From NCBI GenBank assembly GCA_046563655.1, contig CM102290.1:9796001-9860000 (forward strand): a stretch of DNA of 64,000 nt. The letters are read 5' to 3'. Positions 13,181-23,830 of the stretch are shown piece by piece (position 1 is the first letter of the stretch; each line of letters starts with the position of its first letter). The notes under the pieces are model-generated. The model had not been told where the DNA came from. It ran no database searches and worked only from the letters and a program-made list of their open reading frames with translations. This DNA comes from Yuukianura sp. NJ FZ-2021 (taxonomy: Eukaryota). Made by a program: the position numbers and the translations under genes.

Positions 13181-16100
13181 TTCCAGGCCTGGTCGTCCAC
13201 CGAAACGGACTTCGGTTCCGCTTGTTCCCCTCTCACAGCACTCGTCCCACTCACAGTTCATGGCAATCAAGAAGCATCGACTTGAAAATGGAGATTATGG
13301 ACCCTACGACAACAATCATCACAACGCAGGTACGTAAAATTCATTGTGAATCGGAAAAGCACAAACACACAAAACCTATCAAAAAAAAATATTTTAATCC
13401 GGGACGTCTCATATGGGAAAATCCGTTTTTTTCTATCCCGCAAATTTCTCTGCTTGTTCAAACTTTCTAAAGGAAACTTCTTTTTTTTTTTGGTAAATGC
13501 TAGGTGCAAAGATTTCAAACATTTTCAAGAACTTGGTTTTTTTAAAAGTGAAAAATAGTGGTTTTGTATTTATTCAAGAGTGAGCGTTTGTTTATGGATT
13601 GGAACGGGAGAAGAGAAGGAATGGGCAATTTCTGTGATTATTCTATTTATTATGATTTAAACTACTCAAAACTGAGGCTGATCCGAAGGAAGGTGCCTGA
13701 TTCTCTTCTTTTCCCGACATTCGTTTATACAGAGAATTCAAATTGTTTGTTGTTTTCTCAACATTTGAGATTGGAATGGAAATAAACCAAAGAACCAAGT
13801 GAGTGACTGAAGGGGCTTCTGTGTCGGATCTCGGAGGCTTACCAGAAACCCACGGAGTTCACTGATATTTTCCTACTAACGATAAGCAATACAAAACGAT
13901 TTCTAAAAAAAATCGTGATGAATCATTAACTGCTCACACAATCCAACTGAAGTTAAAAATAGAGCTGAGGATTTGTTCGAGATTTAGAAAAAGGTTTAAA
14001 GTGAGATTTTTTTTCTTGTAAGGGAAAGTTAAAGTGAAAAGATTTTCACCATTTCTACGAAACAAAAAAAAATGAATGCTTTGGTTTTTGCGATTTTTTT
14101 TTGGAGGGCGATGAGGTTTTTGAGATTTGAAATTGAGGATGATTTTGAGTTTTGATTTGAGTATATCCTCAAAACGTGGCTGTTTTTTGAAGGAATGAGG
14201 AATTGGCTCCCCCCGGTTGATGTCAGTCTGGTTGATTTTTTTTTCGGTTGGTTTTGGAAGAAATGACAAATGATTGGCCACATCCTTCCGCTGACGGTAG
14301 AAGCATTTATTAATCTGTCAGAGTAATTAAAAACTTTCTCTTTTTTGAGGGAGAAAGGTAGCTGCGGGGTTCATTTTCTTAGTTTTTTGTTGGATCTTAA
14401 AAAAAACACTAGGAGAACAGAGGAAGAAAATTCTCATTTCCGGAGAGGAAGGAAGAAAAAGTTCCCACTTTGTTCCTAGAACCTCCGCTCGTTGGTCGTA
14501 GGAGCCAAGTTGCCCGCCAATTTTTAATCCTCTTTAAACTTTAAGATCTGGAGCGCTTAGGTCCCAAACTTACTTTTTCCTATTTTTGAAAATCCTCCCT
14601 TGTCTTATGGATATTTGTTATTATTAAGAACGTGGGGAGATGGATGGTTGAGGCTAGCTAAAGTCTTTCTTGGAAACTGCCCTCCAAAAAACGAAAGCAA
14701 AAAAGGCTCATCCATCTCCATTTCAGCTGACTCAGAGAAGGCCAATTCGGAGGGAGTTTTGGAAAAAAAAATTAAAAAGGAAAAAGAGAGAAGCGGGACT
14801 AATTAGAGTTTTTTAAAAAAAGAAATCCATCAACTGGCATCCATCCAGGAAATATAAAAATGAGGCAGGAGTTGAGTGGCTTATGAGTTAGGTTGTGGTG
14901 GGAGAATTAAAAGTTGATATTATAAATTAACCCATTTGTATGCCACCGTGTGAGTCTCTGCTTTCCTTTACTTTCTCGGGTATAAAAAAATTAGCATAAG
15001 CTGCTTCTTTTTGCTCCCCTCCATTTTAACTTTTACTTTTTGTTGAATTTTTTTTTTCATTTCTTTTTTCTTTGTGGTGTTTTTTTTTTGTGCTAAAAGA
15101 CTTTCCCGAAAGACGGTTCCTGTCATTTCCTCCGGGGGAAACTTTTGAACCGCTTTTTGATTGTGGCTAAAGAACCAGAATTCATTAAGAAATTGGTTTG
15201 TCCTTCCGTCCGTCTCTGTGTTTGAAAGTTATAGTTTGTCTATTTTAGAAGGGACTTTTCAGATTTGAAATCAATTCCAGTCGCCTTTTGGACCGTTAGC
15301 ATACAAATTAATTTATTCAAAATTAATTAGTTTAACATACATAAAATTTCATTTTTTTTTGAAATTTTGTGCTCAGCCTAAACGGAGAAAGTGTTTTTCA
15401 AAACTGAGTTTTTCTATAAGCGTCGCCATGGAAGCGAAAAAATGACGAAAACTCTAAAAATCGACAAACAAAACAGTTGGATTGTTTTATGTAAGGTCAG
15501 GGTTCGTTTGTTTTTTATTTTTTTATTTTTTTTTTTAAATTATTTGTTTTGATGAGGGCTAGAGCATTTTTGATGAGTTTTGGAAATTAGGTTAATTTGT
15601 GGAATCTTGTAGTTTTGAAAAAAAAATTTTTTTCGGATTTCTTTGGTTTGCGTTTGCTACTTTGGAAAGACGGATTTGTATATTTTGTATTTTTTTAGTC
15701 TTTTGTACTTTTTGGTCTTTTGAGGAAGGGAGAATGATTCCATTAATTTCTGTTTTGTTCGAACTTTCGAATTCTGCCGCTCCTCCCTTATTATTGACTT
15801 CGAAATGAACTGGAAATACTGGAACTGACGTCTAGGATCAAACGATCCAAGAAATTCAAAGAACTCAAACATTCAGTTCAGAACAAAACTTATGCTTTTC
15901 AAACAGTTTCACTTTTGAGAAGCCAGGCTGCACAAAGTGACGGTTCCATTGGTTCAACTGGGAACGAAGTGGAGAAAGCAGAAGTTTCTAATAGTTGAGT
16001 TTCCTTTGCACAACATCCAAAGTTTACGTTCTGATTTCCACTTTTCAGGAACTGTTGATTGATCGTTTCAAATATAGAAGCTGAAGTGCGGAGTTTCCAA

Positions 16101-19100
16101 AATACAAAATTTCAAGCAACAACTTATCGTTAGAAGAGGATTTTTGCTTTGGAATTTTTGAGAAGAGTTTGGAATTATGCTCGTCATAAATCGAGATTTT
16201 TTGTTTTTGAATAGGTTAGTTTTTTTTTAATTGGAGCAAAGGTGAAGTAGGCCAATCAAAAAATGGAGGGGAATTGGGGCAAGAAGAGAAAAATTCTTTG
16301 GCGGCAGGATTCAAAAGATCTTTGGGTGTGAGAATGCTTGTAATTGCCTCTCTCTCTCGCTCTCGTTATGATAAAGTGAAGGTTCCCTTTGTTTTTTTCT
16401 GTGAAATAGAAAGAAGTAGTGTGCTCAGTTGTTATTTGTAGACTGATGAGAATTGTATTCGATTTTTGTTGGTTGGTCCATTGTCTTTTCCGCTCTCTTG
16501 GCGCCTGAATCCCTGCTGATTTTGAAAATTAGGACGATTTGTTATCTTACTTTCTATTATTTTCCCCTGGTCTTTTTTTCTAGCTCCTTTTGACAACAGG
16601 TAAATAGTCATCTTGTTTCTCAAAATCATCTCTCACCCTGAGCTTTTGGTTCGAAAACAAACTTCGGCACTTTATGCTCCTCCAGGAAGGAGTAAGCACT
16701 GCTGAGATCTGTTTTTTTTTATGTGTGGCGGGAACTTTTTTTAAATCGTTTTTTTTAACTGGCGTTGCGGGAACTTTTGTTTTGTTTTGTTTTTGTGTAC
16801 TGAGCACTGTGGCCGAAGGAGATAAAGAGCCCCCCTCCTTGCCTTTCTCCATTTGGTGTCAAAATCCTCATCAAATAGAGGCCGGGAGATGGTTTATGAC
16901 CATTTCACCACTGCAGTCTCCTTATTCTTACCTCCAAATTGCCTCACATCACGACTTTCAAGTACATAAGGGTATGGTGTTAGGTTAGGCTAACCTAACC
17001 TTATGAATCCGAAATTTTGATGTGCCGTTTTACGGTGAAACGGGAGAGGAAAAATGTGGAGTGGATATTTATGGAATGCGATTTTTAATAAGATTGGAAA
17101 GGGAGATGGAAATGGTGAAAGTTTTTGAAAAGTTTACTTAAGACTTAAGTGAAAAGTGAAATGATTTTTTATTTTTGGTTTTGTTCAGAATTAATGCGAC
17201 TGGAGAAGTCACCCCTCTTGGCCAACGGCTACAATCATCCCCCGACGCAAATCCCCCCGATGCATCTACTTCCACTTGGGGGCGGTGGAAGTGCTGCTGC
17301 TGCTGCAGCAGTGGCTGCTCATTCGGCTCTCTTCTCACCCTCGGGAATCCCGCTTCCAGCTGGACATGGACGGGACTGCAGGTCTGCACCTCTATCGTCT
17401 CTCAATGTCGCTAGGTATTGTTACATACACAATTCAAAGTTCCACATATACAAATTTTGTCCATGAGCAAGTTGAGCGTAACTGCATTTTCAGTGCACAA
17501 TTGTACAAATATCAGTTCAAACTCACAACTATTACACTGTTCCTTACACATAAATTTTTCAGGCACAACTACAATGGTTCCATGCCATTGTTTCAAATGA
17601 ATTGTTTCAAAGCACTTTGTTTCAAATGAATTGTTTCAAATCGAATTGTTTCAAATGGTAAATTGTTTCAAAAGTTAAATTGTTTCAAACAAAATTGTTT
17701 CAAACAAAATTGTTTCAAATCGAATTGTTTCAAATGGCCAATTGTTTCAAAAGGTAAATTGTTTCAAACAGAATTGTTTCTAAAAAAAATTGTTTCAAAT
17801 GACCAATTGGTTCTAAAGGTAAATTGTTTCAAAAAAAATTGTTTCTAAAAAAAAGTTGTTTCTAAACCCAAATTGCTTCTAAAGGGAAATTGTTTTTAAA
17901 AATAATTTCAAATTAACGAACTAGTTAACAACTTAGATGTTTGTTCCAAAAATGTTTATTTTAACAAAATCAAATACCATTATCCAAAAAATGTGACAAC
18001 AAAGACATGAGCAACAATGGCTATAAGAAGTACGCAAGGGCGAAACGAAGAAATCCAATTCAACTTAAATTCAATTTCAATTCCTAAAACTAATTTCAAA
18101 TTACCCAATCACGCAATAAGTAAACCTATAAACTTAATAATATACCAAACTAATTCAAAACTAAAACTATCAGTCAACGAGTCAAAATTGGCCATTAGAA
18201 ACAATTTATTTTTAGAAACGATTTTTTTGAAACAATTTACCTTTAGAACCAATTGGTCATTTGAAACAATTTTTTTTAGAAACAATTCTGTTTGAAACAA
18301 TTTACCTTTTGAAACAATTGGCCATTTGAAACAATTCGATTTGAAACAATTTTGTTTGAAATAATTTACCTTTTGAAACAATTTACCTTTTGAAACAATT
18401 CGATTTGAAACAATTCATTTGAAGCAATTCGATTTGAAACAATTCATTTGAAACAATGGCGTGCTCCCACTACAATTCTCGGAAATTCCGTGTAAGCATT
18501 ATTATTGCACAAATTTCATTTGACGACAAATATCCGGGGAAACACTATACCACAAATTGCATTCAAAATACATTATTGCACAAATGTCATTGCCAAATTA
18601 TCATTGCATAGTATTTATAAATTCAAAATACAACTTCACTCTAAGTTTTCTTTTAATCAATCAATTCTCAATTTAATTTAACTGAGAATTGATTTTTTTT
18701 TTGAATTAATGAGTTTTCCTTGCTTTTTCTGAAAATATTTTACATTCCTGCACAGATTTCTGGAGTGTTTTGAAGCCATCCGGCTGAAATGAGGTTGTGT
18801 TACGACGTTAGAGTGTAAATAAGGTTAGGTTCGTCTCTAGAACATAGCAAAGAGTTTTGTTTTAGGCTTAAAGTTAAAACCTAATTGTGAAAAGAAAGTG
18901 CTGGGTAGCTGTGATCTGATGTGATTAGAAAGTAAAAGCTCAGCTCCTGCTCCTCGGTTGGTTGGGAAAGGAGAAGTCTGTTAATTGACTTTTAATTGAA
19001 ATGTTTTACAGGAGTGCTGCAACTTGGGAAAACTGTCGAACGGTGTATGAGGACTTTGTGAAACATTTTGAGAGGTAAGCAACTTATAATAAGGAAAAAA

Positions 19101-22100
19101 ACAAAGGGGAAAGGAGAAAGCATTGCTCTTTGGCTCTGCCTTTAATTTCACTTTTCTTCTTTCTTTTATGTCCTGAGCTCCTCTTATGCCGCTCTTCTGC
19201 GTCTTTCTAAAATATGATTTCCTTCTCTCCGAAGTTTAGTTTTTAATTAGGGATCAAAGGGGAGGGAGGATAATTCCCCTCTCCCGGATTTCTCTTTTGA
19301 TCCAAAAACTCCCACTTAAACATCACCACCAGCTCCTCCGAGTCATTATCCCCACCCTCGAACTCTACCCACCCCCTCTTCTGGCCCCACCACCACCTAG
19401 CATAACGTTTGTCCCACTTTTGGAGATGAGACTGTCGAAATGTTAGGTTGATTGTGTTGGAGACTGCAGAAATATTAGGTTGAGTGTGCTAAAAAACGTT
19501 AAGTGGAAAGGCGACGAAAAAGCAGAAAATTAGAGCAAACGATAATTGAGGAGGAAACGGAAACTGTGCAAATATTACGTCACCCTCTCTTTTTTTGTCG
19601 AGTGAAGGGTGTATATTTTGCCTAATTTTTTCCTCTCCTCCTCCCGCTCTGTGTTTTCAGTGTTGAAAAAGACTAAAAGGAAAAATGGTTTTCGTTTTCC
19701 ATTTGGATTTGAATTAGATTGCCGCAAGAGTCATTTTCCCTTTGGTTTCTCGAGCTTTGTTGCCTGTTTAAACTAATGGACTCCATTGCTCATTTAAATG
19801 GAAATGGAAATTCAACTCCTTTCGGAAGGAGGAAAGGTTTTTGAGCGCGAAAGCGAACAAAGTTTTTTTTTGAAAGACGAAACATGAAATGGAGGCGGAT
19901 TTTATGATGATTTGAACTGAGGCCTGGAGTGGGAAATATGGGATGGCTCTATATTTGTTTAGTATTTTTAGTAACCAAGTTGGTGTTACAACATTTTTAG
20001 CAATTTTGTGCATGTACAACATTTTGAACTACTTTGCACAATATTTCTGAACAACAGTGTACAAGTAAGAACAAGAAAATAGTTGAGACACTTTGTGTTT
20101 TAAAGAAAAGAAAGTGAGTAGTGTGTTAGGATTTATTGGGCTTCGGACACTTCTCATGTTCCGTGAACATTAGGTATGTTAGGCTAAGTTAACCTAACCT
20201 AACCGAAATTACGCGTAACATCCTCTTACCCTCTTTTCCATTCACCCCATCATAAGGTTAGAATAGGCAAGCGACACACAAAGTGGAAGAGGAGAAAGTT
20301 CGTTCTTTTTTTTTAATGTGCAAAGGATACGGAGCCATGTGAGAAACAGATTGAGATTTAAAAAATGAAAAATGGAAAAACGAAGGGCTTTGGGATATAC
20401 AACTTTTTTTTTGCTTGTTTGGATCGTCATTTTCTTCCGTACGAGAAGATTTTTTTCCAAAGAGATAGATGGGGATCAGGATTTATGAAAAGTTGAATAT
20501 ATCCCTTCGCTGCGTTTTTTTTTGTCAAACCGAACTCTGCCTGCCACTTTTCTGTTTGAGTAAGAAAAGTGAAGTGAATTGAAATTCAATATTTTTGTAT
20601 GGCAATAATGACAAGAGAAAATATTAGAGAAAGGAGCTTTTCTCTTCCTTTTTTAACTTTTGAAAAAAGTCTACCATCCGCACACACGCCACTTTTGAAT
20701 GAAGTTAAAATCATTTTTGATGGGTCAGGGTCAGACAGTTTTCGAATTGTTTTAATTTGAATTTTTGAAATTGATTTTCAAAATTTTGATATGTTAGGGA
20801 TTTTGAGGAATTGTAAAATTGAAAAACTTGGAACAAAATCCGCGAGTTTTTGTTTAGTTTTTTTATGCTCCTGTCACAACTGATAGTTTTTTTTTGTGTT
20901 CGGAAAGAAATTGATGAGGTGCGGGTAGAATTGACAGGACTTTACAAAAGTGAGTCGCCTGTTTGAATTTGGCGGGAATAAGGAAATGGACGGGAGGTTT
21001 ATAATTTGATTTGGTTGGGGTGACATGGTGAAGGGAAAGGGTTGACACAAACTTTAAATTTAAAATGAGGAAGGAAGTGGAGGGTTGTTGAAGTTAGTAC
21101 TTTCTTCTTTTTTTTGTACTTAAGTCCAACGTGGATTTTCCTTTTGTTCGGAATAATATTTTGGAAAAGTGGATTCTGATCCATTTTTTGGCTCCAATTT
21201 TTCAGCTGACTTGTGGAAAACGGGAATGGGGAAACAATGGAGCTTTCAGGGAGTGAGATTTTGGGTGGATTAGGTTTTTATTCCATTTCATCTCGAGTGG
21301 AGATCGACACACGAGAGGCAGAAGTACATGATATCTTTATCCATATTCATCACTTTCCTGGGTTCTCAAAAAACCCTGGTTTTTTGTTTTTCCTACCTCA
21401 GCAACTTTATCTGCTCCGCCGGAAGCTTATAAGTTCTTCTTTTATTGAAGACTTTTGAGAAATGCTTTCTCTGATCAATATGTCTGTCTGTCATTTGTTT
21501 CTCCGTTATGTAGTGAGTCTATTTGAAATAAATTTGATGAAATTTTGTTGTTGATTTTAATTTCGTTTTTCTGTTTTCAGCCGGTATGCTCATGAAGACT
21601 GCTCTGACTCGGATGAAAAGAGCTCACAGGCCAATGAAGTACCCACTGGAGATTCATTCGTCCTTGGAAACGGTATGATCTTGACCAGACCAGTTTTGAC
21701 CCATGATGCTAAAGGGGTTATTGACCCTTGGTCAGTTTCTTGCGGTGCGACTCACATTAATACGTCTTAAGTTAATACGTGAAATACTCTGGAAGTTAGG
21801 TTAATGTTAGGTTAGTTTTGTCGTTGGTAACCCAGGGCAGCAGAAAGAGAGCAGAACGAATAAGCGTTTTGTAGTGCTGGAAGAAAGTGTGGAGATAGAA
21901 AGAGATATTTTCTTGAAAGGGAATTTGAGCCGCATCCCTCATCAATCATCGTCATTGGCAGGGAGGGGGGAGTTTTCAAAATGTTGAATGTTTGAAGCTC
22001 CCTCGGCGGCTTCTCTCCCAGTCAGTTCCTGTCACTGGAACAATACAAATTATGCCAAATGGAATCAACTATCCACATATCCAAATCCAATACTTCATCT

Positions 22101-23830
22101 TTCAAAAGGAGTCCCAAGCTCCTTCCGCTACGCCGCACCACAAAGGAACACAAATTATTACAACCGGAAACTTATCTCCAAAATATTGCATTAGGCAACT
22201 CCTATAAAAAACTCACAAAAAGGAGGAAAGAAAATCAATTATTTTGCATCTCCTCTTCGACCTCATGTTTTGTAGTTTGGTTTTCTTGATCCAGAATTTT
22301 CAGACTTTTTGAGAATTTCCAGAGTTCAGACTTTTTTATTAGGTTAGGTTGGCTATGGTAATTTTAATAGTTACTAAAAAACTAGTTTAGTCGCTAGTGG
22401 TTGTATATTTGTAACGTTTGACCTTGGATTTGTTGTGTAGGTCGGCTGAGCGGCAGCCCCGTGTTGAACTTGTCCAAGAATACGGTGGACGCGGGTGGAT
22501 CCGAGTCGGAAGATGAGGGCGGGGCAGAGGAAGAAGACGATTTCAGTGGAAGTGACGACGGACAGGAGCCGAAGAGGAACTACGGTAAAACTAAGATCAA
22601 CGTTGGAAACATTATGAAATTTTGAGGTTTCATTTAGTAGTTTATGAATGAAGGTCATGAGGTCATGGAGATTAATTTTTCTAGAAGGTGTGAGGAAGGA
22701 TGACCTTCGGAAGAGTCCCACCGAGAGTTTACAGGCGTCACACCACGATAGCGTCGAACCTGGAATTCATCACTACGTCCCACCTCCTGGAATCCCAATG
22801 CCAGATCCATCTGAACTTGGCCTCACTTCCAACGAGAATTTGCTGAGGAACATTCAAGGGCTCCTCAAAGTGGCGGCGGACAATGCCAAGCAGCAGGAAC
22901 GCAGAATGAATCTGGAGAAAGGTGAGAGTTTGTCATTAGAGTAAAGAGGTTAAACACAAATCGTTAAAGCCTTTAACTACTGTTATTCGGACTTAAGGTA
23001 AAGCTACTTTATTATTGTATATTTTTGCAGCCGAAATGAAGATGGAAGCGATGCGAGAACGTGAATTGCGAGAACAGTTGGAGAAGGAGTTGGTTGAGGA
23101 GCGGAACCTACGTTGTGAGTGACCTTATTCGTTGACTGTTTTGTTGGGGGAGGGAGAAAGTGCTTGAGAATGAGAGAAAGTCTCAATGAAATCCTTCTGA
23201 ATGGGAATCCGAGGGGAATAAATTCGAATGAATGGGAAACTGAATGAATGTGTAAAAGGAGAGTGGAATTGGGATACGAGGGGAAACTCAGCTTCCCTTA
23301 CACGCTCGACTTTCTCCGTCTTTCGTTTCCTGGAATGACCCAAATTGTATGTAACTTTCGTATTTTTGGAGAATATTTGACACAAAATTATTGTTACTTT
23401 AATTCCTCCGATAGAATTCTCAAGCACAGCCCTTCAAAAAAGAAAGAAAAAAAGGGGGGTTAAAAATGTTCAACAATTTTCCGTTTGCTAAACATTGCTT
23501 TTGTGTTTCTGATTTTCAGTGTACTATGAAAAGAGGTGGCGGAAAGAACGAAGATTCCGGAAGAAGTTGGAAGAAAGGGAAGATGCTGGTGGAGCCGTTG
23601 GAACTGGCGGAGACTCTCCACCAACACATCGAACAGAACGAAATCCCAGTCCAGATTCAGCTCTGTCCCATCATCACTTCCCACATCATGTGACCCATAA
23701 AATAAATAACAACGACCGAAAGCGACGAAGCGTCTCTCCCAGGGACTCGCCAAAAGCAACAACGACGCATGCCCATGCTACCAACGGAACTGTCTCTGTC
23801 CCACCATCAAGAGACTCAACGGAACGGTAA
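13181..23830 (+). CDS. dac: Dachshund transcription cofactor, 3' portion (from the end of the DD1/Ski-Sno domain through the DD2 coiled coil); 5' exons not found in the window
   Basis: Phase-consistent GT..AG exons: 13181 (or 13187)-13329 (SSRPGRPPKR...KKHRLENGDY), 17189-17414 (EKSPLLANGYNHPP, poly-Ala), 19012-19074 (WENCRTVYEDFVKHFE), 21581-21672, 22441-22584 (SPVLNLSK plus an acidic stretch), 22685-22921 (LLRNIQGLLKVAADNAKQQER), 23031-23114 (AEMKMEAMRERELREQLEKEL), 23520-23830 (stop TAA). These motifs match what I know of arthropod Dachshund. Confidence 0.93.
17576..18468. mobile_element. Non-autonomous foldback-type DNA transposon with long, internally repetitive inverted arms
   Basis: The left arm (17576 to about 17900) is tandem AATTGTTTCAAA-type units and the right arm (about 18195-18468) is its reverse complement. 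The ends GGTTCCATGCCATTGTTTCAAATGAATTG and rc GGGAGCACGCCATTGTTTCAAATGAATTG align. The direct repeat ACTACAAT flanks it at 17568-17575 and 18469-18476. No transposase ORF is present. Confidence 0.88.

Noticed and set aside
17663..18381. ORFs with repeated NCFK motifs
   Set aside because: They are translation artefacts of the foldback element's tandem repeats.
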